From: Crassostrea angulata
Taxonomy: Eukaryota
Assembly: GCF_025612915.1 (NCBI RefSeq)
Contig: NC_069114.1
Location: 49,706,639 to 49,770,638, forward strand
Direction of reading: 5' to 3'
DNA length: 64,000 nucleotides
Shown here: positions 39,701-50,549 of the stretch, one piece after another
How positions within the stretch are numbered: position 1 is the first letter of the stretch
Layout: each line of letters begins with the position of its first letter
Translations under genes and position numbers: made by a program
The notes under the pieces: generated by a model
What the model was told of the DNA's origin: nothing
The model's input: only the letters and a program-made list of their open reading frames with translations
Database searches by the model: none

Positions 39701-42700
39701 GATGTTGAGAGATTAAACAAGGACAAATCTTCATTGCTGGATGAGTTTGAGAGAACTAAGCAAGAGTTACACAACAAGCTGGCAGCCGCTGAAGCAGAGG
39801 TGGGTGTCTAAATGTGTCAATTATTCCAGCAAGAGTTCAGAAGTGGGTGTCTAAATGTGTCAATTATCTCAACAAGAGTTCAGAAGTGGGTATCTAAATG
39901 TGTCAATTATCTCAACAAGAATTCAGAAGTGGGTGTCTAAATGTGTCAATTATCTCAACAAGAGTTCAGAAGATCATTTTGGATCTGATTATCTGATGTA
40001 AAAGAGAAGACTATTTTGTGAAACAATGTAGATAAGGAATTTACACATCAAATGCTTCCATGTTTAACCATTTTGGGCTCTTTTTTTTACATATCCAGAT
40101 CAGAGTACTGTGGAATCATGAAAATTTGTGGCTCAATTTTCTTAAATTTTGTGGGTACTCCTCACCCGCAAATGAGCATTTTCAATAAGTTTTAAAACTT
40201 GTCTTATTTTGTAAGTTGACAAAACTTGGCCCATACACATTTGAAGATTCCATAGCATGTGAGAAGAATTTTATTTGGGCTCTTAAAAAAATTCAAGAGA
40301 AGAAAAAATTAAATCTTTAATTCTGGTATATGTACACACTTTTAAGAAACAAACTGCAGATGCATATAATAGATCAAATATAACCAGATAAGATGTGATA
40401 GAATGAAGAAATTCCATTAAATCTAACCCCCCAGATGTTAAGATGATATAGTATATCAACAGGTTCAGCGACTGGAGAAAATTGTCAAGGACAGCGAGAG
40501 CGGTCTGGGAACCGCCTCGAGCCAGATCAACAGCTTAAAGGATGCCTCTCATCGCCTCAAGTCCGAACTTGAGAAAACCAGAGAGGAGCTCCGAACATCC
40601 AAAACCAACGCTGCAAATCTTAAGGTGAGTAGTTCTGTAGATATTAATTGTGTAAAAATATGGAAGGAGTTAATCCACAAAACAAGGACAAAACATATGA
40701 AATTTTTACAGTGTAAAAAAAAGGAATGACCCCAAAAACTCACCAAAAGAATATTCTCAAATCTGAATATATGAAACTTGTTTGAAATAATGAGATGAGT
40801 GAGATGTTTGTGTGTTAATTGTTTACAGTTGGAGTTAGACAAATTACAGAACCTGTATGATGCTAAGATGATAGAAGCCCAGGCAGAGCTCAAAACTAAA
40901 CTGGAGAAATTGTCTGTGGACTTGGAATCCAAGTGGTCCGAAACTCTCAAGTAAGTGAGATTTTTCATGTGGTAGAGCAGTGACATTATTCATGTGGTAG
41001 ATCGGTTAGGAAGTGTCAAGACAATCTTAATGTCAAAAGAAATCTATGCAATCCCACTAGATAGACCTGAATTCTATTTTTCATGGTTGCCTATTTTGGA
41101 CAAGTGTGATGTTTGTAAATATGAGCTCTGACTAAGAAGTCCATTGCTCTTCACGTAGTGTGGTCAATTTTGCTTGCTGGGTAGTGAGTATAGCAAGGTT
41201 GTGTGTTTGTTTACAACAGGAAGGAGACGATGGAATTGAGGCGAGATCTGACTCATCAAAAGGAGGAGGAGAAGAAGGCGGCCCTTCAGCAGCTGTCACG
41301 CCTCAAAGACGAGGAGATTGCTGCCTCAAAACGAGGCTGGGAAAACATCGTCAATGAGCTACAGAGACAGGTAAAGAGAAAACATTCAACTGAATTCATG
41401 CTGTTTTATCATTTAATCAGGTCACTTTTGACTATAAATATGAACATTTCACTGATATTGTATATTCGGTGGTGTAAAGAAGAATTTTGGTATTATAACA
41501 TGATTTTTGTGTTACTTAAAGTAATGCTATTTTACTTCATTCAATGGCAGGCCTTTATGTATGCCATTTATTGTAGAATTCCTACTCAAAATTTGATAAT
41601 CTTCACATGCCTGTTACTTTGATTAATATTGTTTTAGTCCACCGAGATGAAGCCAAGTGAATACGGAGGAGACTAACGTTTCCTCAATTTTATGTATAAC
41701 CCCTTTGTTTATTTTTACTAGGTAAATGAGCTGAAGAGTAAATTAAACAACGCTGAGACAGTCAGTGCTGGCGAGCTGGAGAGACTTCAGAGAGAGGCTG
41801 CGGAGGAAAAGCGCCGCCTAGAGGAGAGAATGGCACAAGCTGCTGAGGAGTTTGCACAGGAAGTGGCAGCCATTGAAGCAAAGCATGCTGCAGAGTTACA
41901 AGCTCTCATCAAACAGAAAGAGGAGGAAATTCAGGTGACTGAGTTATCTATTGCTATGTCTGCTTTCACATGATACACTATTTACTTTAATCATTCAATG
42001 TACCTTCTGAACCAGCAGAAGATACTCTGTTAACTTAAGCTGTGTCCTTCCACCTAAACAAGAACTTGGTTCACATAATCCTTCATATATAATGTAATTT
42101 ACCTCTTTGTTTGTAGGAGATGGAGAGCAGTCTGAAAACTAAGCACATGCAGGATATCCAGACGTCACTGACGGCGCACCGAGCGGCCCTAGACGGACAG
42201 AAACTGGAGGGGGAGAAGCTGAGGCAGCAAGCCCTGGAGGAGCAGAAAACCGCTCACCAACAGCAGTTAGGTATGGATCCGCAGCCAATTAGATAAAAGT
42301 CAAATCTGTTTATGTACTTTTGTAACGATCTACAGGAGCGGATCAAAAGATCTGTTGGCTGTTTTGGAGATCAGGGGCAGCCCCATGGGCCATAAATTAT
42401 TATCATATTATTTCAAAGCAAAGGCATTTTTTGTTAGGAGTTTTTTTTTTACTCATTGTTATTTTGGAATTGTAGAGAAAACAAAGGAAGAGCTTCATGA
42501 GCGTCACATGACTCATGTCACCGAGATCACGGAGTCCCACCAACAGCAGCTGGAGGCTGCTCGACTCGAGCTGGAGCGAGCTGTCGAAATATCTCACCAA
42601 AGAGTAAGTCCAGGGAAAAGTCACACTATTGTTTACACTCAGATGTCTCACTAGTGTATATTCTAATTTTATGTTACCTTGAGTTAATTCAATAGACATT

Positions 42701-45700
42701 AGTTTCCTGACTGGAATTGACTGAAAGATGTAAAAAAAAATTGTGTGTTATTATAAATGTCAGTTATATGTTAAATCCAACGATGACATATACAAAAAGT
42801 CCAAAGTCAAACTGATGTCACAGATTTTGCTTTGAGAACAAAAGCTTGCTCAGTCTTTTTTTTGCATGGTCCTCGAAAATAAAAGCCTTGTCCAGTCCTG
42901 TTGTGTTTGTTATAAATACAGTCAAACTTCGTTATTACGAACTAGATTGGACTGTTTAAAAAATCGAAATATCCAAGCATTCGAGATATCGAGGGTAAAA
43001 CACTTAAAAAATAAGTGGTTGGGACTTACAAATCACTTTGACACATATATTGTATTCGAGATACCAGTGTTCGAGATATCAAAGTTCAACTGTATGTGTA
43101 TCATTATCTGACCCCACAGGACAGAGACCACTGCATGCAGATCGAGGAGCTGAAGGCAGAGATCACACAGAGAGAGCGACACATTAAAAACCTTCAGGAG
43201 GAGATCCAGAAACTGAAGAACAACATCGACAAACTGACGCGAGAGCTGGAGCAGAAGGCCAAGGAAATGCTCAAAGTCCGCAACGACGCAAACCTTCAGA
43301 TCAAGTAAGACCAGGCTAGCAAAATTAAATACAATATCGGGCTATGTAGTGTAGAACAAGTAAGACCGAGGTACCCTAGGTGTAGAACAAGTAAAACCAA
43401 GGTACCTTAAGTGTAGAACAAGATACAACCATTAAAAATAGAATACAGAAGGAATACTGAGTATAGTACACAATGTTAAGTGTAGATCTTGTTAGAACCA
43501 AAAAATAATTATTATCGAAAGAGAAAATGGTTGACTTGCAAATTTTCATTACAGTGTTGTAAGGTATGGGATTAAGGGGATGCATATTGCCGAGAGGTGA
43601 TACTGTAGATTCCTAATGAAACGGGAGGAATTGATATCCACGTAAAATCTCGAGAAGCACATCTCGCAAATTTTAAAAACTCGCCTCTATTTTTCGGACA
43701 CATGTAAAGAACATGCAACTTTGATAAAATTCGGCAATTGCGATTTTATGTTTTTGTGATTTGATGGAAAATGGTTGAATTGCGGAAATGAGTCTCGCGT
43801 AAAATTAGGATTCTACAGTAACCAATAACCAAACAATTTACAAACATATATTTCTTTTTATTTCTATGATGGATAATCATATTTCATTTAAAACAAAGTT
43901 TTCAAGATTACCAGTAAACCCATTAAATGGCAAGTGTAGGACTACTATAGTATAATATTAACCTTTTTAGCCACCACATTAAATTATTTCAATATCTATA
44001 CTACTACATTAAAATAATAGACTCAAATTTTTGGGCTTTAATACCGAGAAATCGGAAGAGCACTGTCTTTTGTTTTATACATTTTAAACATCATTGGTAC
44101 TTGAAGATTACCAATTTGTTTTTATTTTTTCTCAATCAACCTTCGCTAATTAATAATTAATGAAAATTCCTTTAAAAAATCCGGAAATAATCTGGATTTT
44201 TTGGATTTTACAATCTTGCGCATGTGCATTATATTACATTCACGCTAAATCAAGGGAGGCTCTCTAGTATTCTTTTAATTAACTTTTGATTCATTTACCT
44301 TCACAGGACTATTTTGTGTAAATAAAGTAATCATGGTTTAACTTACAGCTTTAATTTGACATGATTATTCCACAGGAAAAAAGAGGAAGTGCTTCACAAG
44401 CGCCATCTGCAAGAGATTGAAAACATAAAGCAAGACTTTTCTCGAGAATCTGAGTCAATGATGTCCGAGTTTACAGAGGCTCAAGAAATACTCAAGGACA
44501 AAATTTCAGAGTTACAAATCATGTATGTATGATGCTTATTTAAATTGAGAGAATTTTTGTCTTTGGTTAACGACTCAATCTAGATGTATTGTGACCTTCA
44601 GTAAATAATAAAGTTTTTCCAAAATTCAGCATACAATGTGTGTGGGTTTCTTAAGCTACTTCTTGTCAGTCACCAACATTGTACTGTAAAATCAAACTCT
44701 TTTTGACCTTTAACCTCCTGATAACAGGTTAGAGGAGGCGGAGGAGAAATACAACAATCGCGACTCCCGTCCTGAGGATCTGGAACTTATTCAGCAGTTA
44801 AGGGACGCCATCTCTGAGAGAGAAGGCAGGATGAAGCAGCTTATTGTAAGTGATTCATGCTATAGTCTTTGTTAACTGTAGTTTCCTAATAAAATGTGAG
44901 GAATTAATATCCTTGGTAAATCGTGAGAAGCAACCCTCACAGATGATAAATTCTCAATTTTATTTTTCAGACAGTTTTGAACTATAAGAAATTTTAACAA
45001 AAAATTGGTGCTCGCAATTTTATGTTCTCTTGCGATTTGATACAAAACAACAGAGTTGCGGAACTAAGCACTTGCATAAAATAAGGAATTTTAATACAAT
45101 GTTTACTTAACTATCAGATTTTTAAATGACGTCTGGCAGAAACAACAAATCTGTTTTTATTATCTTAATCATAAGATGATTAAATGGCATTTGGTAGAAA
45201 CAAGTCTTTGTTTAATTTAATATTATGAGGTTATTGTTGACGTCTGGTAGAAGCAACAAGTCTTTGTTTGTCACCATAACTATGAATCAAATTATTGGAT
45301 GGCATTTGCAAGATATATTTTGCAGGAGAAACTGTTAACACAAGCCAAACTTTGGAATTTGTGTTGGTTGCACTGATTGACCTTTTGATTTGACATTTCA
45401 GGATGAGAAGAGATATTATCAGCTGGAGCTCGTGAACAGGGAGACGAACTTTAACAAGGTGTTCAACAACACCACAAATGTTGGCGTCATCAACCCACTG
45501 GCAAATAAGGTAAGTCTTTCTATTGGTGCAGACTAAAACTATTGGTCCAGACTCACTAAAACGACCACCTTGTTTCTATTGATCCAGACTCACTAAAACG
45601 ACCACCTTGTTTCTATTAATCCAGACTCACACAAAGGATCACCTTGTTTCTATTGGTCCAGACTCACTACAACAATCACTTTGTTTCTATTGGTCCAGAC

Positions 45701-47758
45701 GTACTAAAATGATCACTTTGTTTCTGTTGGTCCAGACTCACTAAAACGATCACTTTGTTTCTGTTGGAAAATGATCACCTTGTTTCTATTGGTCCAGATG
45801 CACTAAAACGATCACTTTGTTTCTATTGGTCCTGACTCACCAAAACCATTACCTTCTTGTCAGACCGTACTGTGTGACTTTATTTGACTTGTACACGGTA
45901 CTTTAAGGTACCTCACTACACCCAGACTAATATTTTTTAAGACACTATGTCACAAGATGGCGACTTAAATATTTTGTTAAATTGTTTATATCGTTCGATT
46001 CAGTTGTATATCGTTGTAGCTCAGTGGCTAAAGTATTGGGCTTCTGAACCACAGATCATGAGTTTGAATCCGCCTGGAGCTTTTGTTCATGTTTACTGAA
46101 TTTAAATTTTTGAAAATGTAACTTTTCATCCAAAATTGCACATTTCTTGCCTATTTGACTTAAATACTTCTTATCCATTATGATATCTATCATAATCAAG
46201 TAATTTTCTGCTGATTTGAGTTAATATTTCAAGGTGTAGCAGTGATTGAGATAAGCAATGGGCCAAATCTGACAATTGCACGTTCCAAGGCAGTGTTAAT
46301 GTGACATTTCCAAAATCAATGAGCCAAATGGAAATTTTATGGGACATTGTAAAATGACAAGTTAAAATTTGATAAGTTTATAAAAGACTTCATTGCAATT
46401 GTCAAATTACTGAATGACACTGAATTAAAAGCTATAACAATAATTTTTTAATTTAGTAATGAAGACCATAATTTAGTTTCAATTCTCTATTTTTATTCTT
46501 CTTTTCATTCAATTTGACTTAAATTTTTGTTTGATTGCATCAGTCTTACCATCAGTGTCTCCATTCACTATTTCATCCGTCTGTTCTGCTTTATCTGTTG
46601 ATTCATTTTCATCTGATTTTTATTAATCAAATGAAAATTGCAGAGAAGTTTGTCCTTTCTTGGGACGGGGAATTTTTTTGGCAGCTGCTTACATTTAGAC
46701 CAGGCACGTTTGATATCAAATTGACAGTATTAAAAAATCAAAAAACACCTTACACTTAAGAAAACAAGATCATGATCATGCTTTGCTGTACGACATTTGA
46801 CTACTATTTGTTAATGTAAAATAACAGTGATCGTTAAAGAATTCTAGCCAAAGATATTCCAAGTGTTGATTGGGGAAAGCTCAAAGTTAAAAAGGATGTA
46901 CTGAATAGTGTAATGATAATTTGCGCCAGCAGGGTGCAACATTATTAACATCAATGTGCCATCACTTTATTTAATGCAATTATGGCGCAGGGCGCATGCT
47001 TATCCCAATCACTGTGTAGTGAGCGACCTTAAGACCCATTTCATGACCATGCCATAATTAAGGATCCGGAGTAGGAGGGGCGTTGACTAGGGTCTAAAAT
47101 TATGACTACTGGTTTTGCTCTATCCTTTTCATTACCTCTCCTATGTAGAACTGATTTGAAATATAAATTTGCTATTTTTTAAGTACATGTGTATTTTTGA
47201 ATTTTTATAACTAGCTGAATGCATGTTGAAGTCTGGAGAAATCATATTCGTCAAACCTCTTATAGCGCAAGGTTTTCTCTAAATCGCTAATTCCAAACTA
47301 TAAGATGAAACTACATTGTACAGAATATTTGTACGATGGTTGTTTGTGCGGAATTGATCCAGACATTAGAAATACATGTACCTAAAAATTTACAGCCAAG
47401 GGGAATGCGTTGTCATCATTTTTTTGGGCAATTCAGGCAATTTCCGGTATTTTATAAATCGTGTAGAAATTATGATATAAGCTGGGGGAGGTGGCTTAAA
47501 ATTATGCCTTTAAGGACCCTTTGTTTTTTTAGCGTAAATTCAGAAATGAAATTAAATAATTTGTGATGAAAATCAATTTCTGATGTTGTTCATTCACAGA
47601 AACCAAAGAAAGGAGAGAAACCGCCCGTGTCCAAACATTCGAGCCAGCCCAGCCTGGGGACCAACCGTCTGGACCCCCTCCCCAACTCCCCCATGCACCA
47701 TGAGGCCCTGAACCCCAGCAAACCTCTTCCATCCTTCACCAAGAAGTTTGTCAAATGA
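36581..47758 (+). CDS. FAM184A: FAM184-like coiled-coil protein; gene span, 17 coding exons, about 1097 aa
   Basis: Exons are 36581-36721, 37219-38091, 38486-38606, 38794-38975, 39186-39392, 39677-39799, 40463-40624, 40829-40950, 41220-41370, 41722-41934, 42117-42270, 42476-42603, 43120-43304, 44376-44522, 44728-44845, 45402-45509 and 47600-47758. The N-terminus MATSAK...DMHLKMSKKIAQLTK|VIYALNTKNDEHEAVVQTLKEQHEEQIQ is diagnostic of the FAM184 family. The rest is heptad-rich coiled coil. All junctions are GT-AG, the phases are consistent, and the total is 3294 nt including TGA. Confidence 0.8.
37219..38091 (+). CDS. FAM184A: FAM184-like exon 2
   Basis: Acceptor ctttttag. Encodes VIYALNTKNDEHE...SGLFQQ, covered by ORF 37306-38145. 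Donor CAG|gtgtgt. Confidence 0.8.
38486..38606 (+). CDS. FAM184A: FAM184-like exon 3
   Basis: LQQVRVEAADASKRLKELQSELVATKERCSQQAEDLNRKS; donor G|gtatgg. Confidence 0.7.
38794..38975 (+). CDS. FAM184A: FAM184-like exon 4
   Basis: VHIGQLEGTVVQKTSKIKELEDEIRKLKDRLSWLESERKSLENQKESLSESQQSQLKSLER; donor AGG|gtaggt. Confidence 0.7.
39186..39392 (+). CDS. FAM184A: FAM184-like exon 5
   Basis: SLEDLSIEKQTMMTRLEKEIQSLKEKSATRERELTEQHTSQVQQLNQAHSQSLEMTKKKADDQLTQTKE; donor GAG|gtaggt. Confidence 0.7.
39677..39799 (+). CDS. FAM184A: FAM184-like exon 6
   Basis: EMLKKYHEDVERLNKDKSSLLDEFERTKQELHNKLAAAEAE; donor GAG|gtgggt. Confidence 0.7.
39800..39970. repeat. Tandem repeat, 4 copies of a 43-bp unit that starts exactly at the FAM184 exon 6 donor, each copy regenerating a donor-like gtgggtgtc
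   Basis: gtgggtgtctaaatgtgtcaattat.tc.a.caagagttcagaa repeated four times. Confidence 0.8.
40106..40256. mobile_element. MITE family B copy (degenerate), in FAM184 intron 6
   Basis: The left arm tactgtggaatcatgaaaatttgtggctcaattttc matches 60041-60262, and the right end carries gattccatagca. Confidence 0.4.
40463..40624 (+). CDS. FAM184A: FAM184-like exon 7
   Basis: VQRLEKIVKDSESGLGTASSQINSLKDASHRLKSELEKTREELRTSKTNAANLK; donor AAG|gtgagt. Confidence 0.7.
40829..40950 (+). CDS. FAM184A: FAM184-like exon 8
   Basis: LELDKLQNLYDAKMIEAQAELKTKLEKLSVDLESKWSETL(K); donor AA|gtaagt. Confidence 0.7.
41220..41370 (+). CDS. FAM184A: FAM184-like exon 9
   Basis: KETMELRRDLTHQKEEEKKAALQQLSRLKDEEIAASKRGWENIVNELQRQ; donor CAG|gtaaag. 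Confidence 0.7.
41722..41934 (+). CDS. FAM184A: FAM184-like exon 10
   Basis: VNELKSKLNNAETVSAGELERLQREAAEEKRRLEERMAQAAEEFAQEVAAIEAKHAAELQALIKQKEEEIQ; donor CAG|gtgact. Confidence 0.7.
42117..42270 (+). CDS. FAM184A: FAM184-like exon 11
   Basis: EMESSLKTKHMQDIQTSLTAHRAALDGQKLEGEKLRQQALEEQKTAHQQQL; donor G|gtatgg. Confidence 0.7.
42476..42603 (+). CDS. FAM184A: FAM184-like exon 12
   Basis: (E)KTKEELHERHMTHVTEITESHQQQLEAARLELERAVEISHQR; donor AGA|gtaagt. Confidence 0.7.
43120..43304 (+). CDS. FAM184A: FAM184-like exon 13
   Basis: DRDHCMQIEELKAEITQRERHIKNLQEEIQKLKNNIDKLTRELEQKAKEMLKVRNDANLQI; donor AA|gtaaga. Confidence 0.7.
43601..43820. mobile_element. MITE, family A (TIR TACTGTAGATTCCTAAT), in FAM184 intron 13
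   Basis: Perfect 17-bp terminal inverted repeats, tactgtagattcctaat ... attaggattctacagta; about 220 bp; no ORF. Confidence 0.55.
44376..44522 (+). CDS. FAM184A: FAM184-like exon 14
   Basis: KKKEEVLHKRHLQEIENIKQDFSRESESMMSEFTEAQEILKDKISELQI(M); donor AT|gtatgt. Confidence 0.65.
44728..44845 (+). CDS. FAM184A: FAM184-like exon 15
   Basis: LEEAEEKYNNRDSRPEDLELIQQLRDAISEREGRMKQLI; donor ATT|gtaagt. Confidence 0.65.
44875..45097. mobile_element. MITE family A copy (right end degenerate), in FAM184 intron 15
   Basis: Shares with 43601-43820 the blocks ctgtagtttcctaat...gaggaatt.atatcc...gagaagca...tttatttttcagaca...gcaatt..attttatgtt...gcgatttgat..aaaac...gttgcgga. Confidence 0.45.
45402..45509 (+). 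CDS. FAM184A: FAM184-like exon 16
   Basis: DEKRYYQLELVNRETNFNKVFNNTTNVGVINPLANK; donor AAG|gtaagt. Confidence 0.65.
45520..45850. repeat. Minisatellite, about 7 copies of a 45-bp unit (tattggtccagactcactaaaacgatcac.ttgtttc), in FAM184 intron 16
   Basis: Tandem array. Confidence 0.8.
46010..46330 (+). mobile_element. tRNA-derived SINE-like element / tRNA pseudogene fragment in FAM184 intron 16
   Basis: Has a perfect pol-III A box, TAGCTCAGTGG, and a B-box-like GAGTTTGAATCC. The cloverleaf does not close (D-stem and acceptor do not pair) and an AT-rich tail follows. Confidence 0.3.
47600..47758 (+). CDS. FAM184A: FAM184-like terminal exon
   Basis: Acceptor cattcacag. Encodes KPKKGEKPPVSKHSSQPSLGTNRLDPLPNSPMHHEALNPSKPLPSFTKKFVK followed by TGA at 47756-47758. 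Confidence 0.7.
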   Translation, partial: KPKKGEKPPVSKHSSQPSLGTNRLDPLPNSPMHHEALNPSKPLPSFTKKFVK

Positions 47759-47974
47759 TGACGACTCGACTGTGTTGATCAGTAGTGCTAGTTAGTGTGA
47801 GAGTGTGTGTGTTGACATCCTAGAGCCAGTATCTTTTACGGAGACTGTTCCCACCAGGGACCTGGGGGACGAGGCACTGAGCCCAGGAGGGCACTGTACA
47901 CATATCAGAGGAAGAAAAAGGAGTGGTGGAAGGAGGCAGGAAGAAAAAGTGTTAATTATCTTTTGTGTGTTGTA

Positions 47975-48043
<69 letters not shown>

Positions 48044-48050
48044 TTTGTTA
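47975..48050. repeat. (GA)n microsatellite, about 38 units, in the FAM184 3' UTR/flank
   Basis: Direct. Confidence 0.9.
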
Positions 48051-48471
48051 ACATCTAACAGTGACAGAATACCTTTTCTTGTTGATGAAATAGTTGACAC
48101 CTGTTGAGATATGCGTGTCAAAGTACAGATCAGATCAGAAGCCAAGCTGTGATAACCCATCATTTAACTCAGTATTGCATTTGTATGTATTTATATGAGC
48201 TATATATATAGAGTATTTCCGTCCAGATTTTACATTGTCTGAGTGTATAGTTCTGGTTACTCCTCAGTTAGGGGCGATGTGATACATGTTTAATTTTTTG
48301 TTAAAATATGCTCTGTTTCTTGGAATTACTTTTACCATTAGGATTTTTTCTTACCCAATTGGAACTTTTGTTACTGAACTTTTTGTTGGGATAAAATGCT
48401 ATTAGTATTTGAGATCATGTGAAAAACACTTAAATTGGTCGTTGGGAAATAAATGTGAGACCAAGTGTGTT

Positions 48472-48477
48472 AATAAA
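48472..48477 (+). other. AATAAA candidate polyadenylation signal for the FAM184-like gene (about 715 nt after the stop)
   Basis: gttAATAAAtttttttt. Confidence 0.3.
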
Positions 48478-49693
48478 TTTTTTTTAATAATACCAAAAAA
48501 GGAAAAAAAAGAGAGATCTGTGTGTTAATTAAGATGATGTAAGCGATCACAAGTAGATATGGCTTGAAATGACAGCCACTAGTATTTAGTGCCATGTTAA
48601 CGACCTTTTAGGTGGCGAAATGTCATAACGGGTCCGTGGGTGCAGCTGTCGTCAGGTCAGCCTACAGCTAACATAGTCAGAGATACGCAGTGGTCTCACT
48701 TCTCAGTTTCTATTTTTAGTGTAAACCAAAGTTTATTAACGTACAACATATATATACATGTACAATGATACATAATTAAGCAAGGATTCGGAAACAAGTA
48801 AATATGCACTTATATTAATCCGTTTCCTTAGATATAATTTACAAATTATAAATCATTGAAGTGCCCTGGTTGTAATGTCTTTGTAATCACGTTTATGAAA
48901 AATGTACGTCTAAACTTGCAATGTGTATGAAAAAAATGCGTTATGGAAAAAAATTAGATGCAGGGTGAGTAAAATAACCATGAAGAGGTTTGCGCATGGA
49001 ACAAGGGTGTGTATGAATGTGGAAATAGTCGATTATATATTACACATAATTGTTTTGCCTCGGACAAGAATGTCTCGACGTCATTGGGTGAATTGCGTCA
49101 CGTGATTGCCTTATAAATTTCTTTACAGTGCAAGCGTCAAAACTTATTCTGCAACATGGCGGACGTAACGTTATTTGAGCTGATTATTTACACAAACGTT
49201 CAACCATACCTTTAAATTTTAAGCCCCAAAATATTTAGAGTGACCCCTCTTTGCCCGTGACGTAATATTATGATCCTTCATGAGCATCAACGTTTGCACA
49301 AATGACAGACAATGAAGGTAAAGAGTTGGAGAATTAAGCTATGAATTTAAGAGATCTTATCCCTTGAAGCAGGATTTCGCGCCATAATGTCATTTTCATA
49401 ATTTTTTTACGCACCGAGATATAGTGGAGGAGTCCAAAATAGAATCATTAGATTGAGCTGTAGCTCTCCTGTAATGAGATACTACAGAACACAGTGGGTA
49501 CACATGCGGCTTAAAAAAAAGTTTAATGGAAAAATAAACCCCAAACTTTCCAGTCACTTTCCTGTAATGAGAAACCTTTCCTTGGAAATCAGAAAAATTA
49601 AAATAAAATTTAAATGTGTTTTTTCTGCTTTTAAGCTTACAATTATTTCATATGTTTTTTTTTCTGAAATAATTTAAAGTAGTATATATATGT

Positions 49694-49703
49694 GTCATGT
49701 TGT

Positions 49704-49741
<38 letters not shown>

Positions 49742-49745
49742 TACA

Positions 49746-49783
<38 letters not shown>

Positions 49784-49795
49784 ACAACATGACAT
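49694..49795. repeat. Perfect palindrome of about 100 bp (no spacer)
   Basis: tgtcatgttgtaaattttgaatttactgggtgggtgtaaatacaaaattt|acaa|attttgtatttacacccacccagtaaattcaaaatttacaacatgaca. Confidence 0.6.
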
Positions 49796-50427
49796 ATGCA
49801 CTAAAATTAAAAAAAAAAGGACTGATTTAGAACTGCACGTTCTATTTATGAACAGCAGCGAAAATTCAATTTTAGTTTAATAAAATAATTGATACATGCT
49901 TCCAATTGAATATTTTTTTTGAGTTAGGCAAGATTTTTGCAAAGCCATTATTTGTAATTCTTATATTATTAGGTAGAGGTTATGTTCTTTTAATTTTTAT
50001 AATGATAAATATATAACGTCAGGTGCCCGTGCACAGAACTTTTTTATAAAAATATCTATTGCTACAAAATGAGATAATCAACACCCTCAGTTTGTTTGTT
50101 TTTTTTTTGGGGGGGGGGGTTAAAATTGCTTCTTTCACGATAACTAAATATAGAAGTTACAAAAATATAAAACACATCACTAAAAATAAATGACGCAGTT
50201 TGAATGCTTTCAAACACCAGCTCCTATCACGGGCACTCTATGACAGGACCGGACCAACCCCCAAACCACCCCAACCACAGTAAAGGCCTCAGGGTCTTTT
50301 TACTAGACCCTGGTCTCCTTTTTCATAAATCATCGTATAACATCGATAAAACTACCTTAAACATAATACAAACATTATATAAAAGGTCATACCTATTTAC
50401 ACATGTATTTGTATTCCGTGTGTAAAT

Positions 50428-50549
50428 CAATTTAATTAAAATTAGACTTGTAATTCCGCTCCTCTACGATACGCTATACAAGTATACAAGAAAGCATGTA
50501 TAGCGTATCGTAGAGGAGCGGAATTACAAGTCTAATTTTAATTAGATTG
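50428..50549. mobile_element. Foldback/MITE-like element with candidate 9-bp TSD TGTGTAAAT
   Basis: Inverted arms of about 50 bp, caatttaattaaaattagacttgtaattccgctcctctacgatacgctatac and its complement, with a 17-nt loop. Flanked by tgtgtaaat on the left and tgtgtgtaaat on the right. Confidence 0.45.

Noticed and set aside
42231-42270. Apparent 1-bp frameshift in FAM184 exon 11
   Set aside because: The first reading of ggaggagagcag was a transcription error on my part. The sequence is ccctggaggagcagaaaacc, which reads through in frame (LEEQKTAHQQQL) to the donor at 42271.
46010-46085. Possible functional tRNA gene
   Set aside because: The A and B boxes are present, but D-stem and acceptor-stem pairing are absent, so it is not a functional tRNA. 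More likely SINE-derived.
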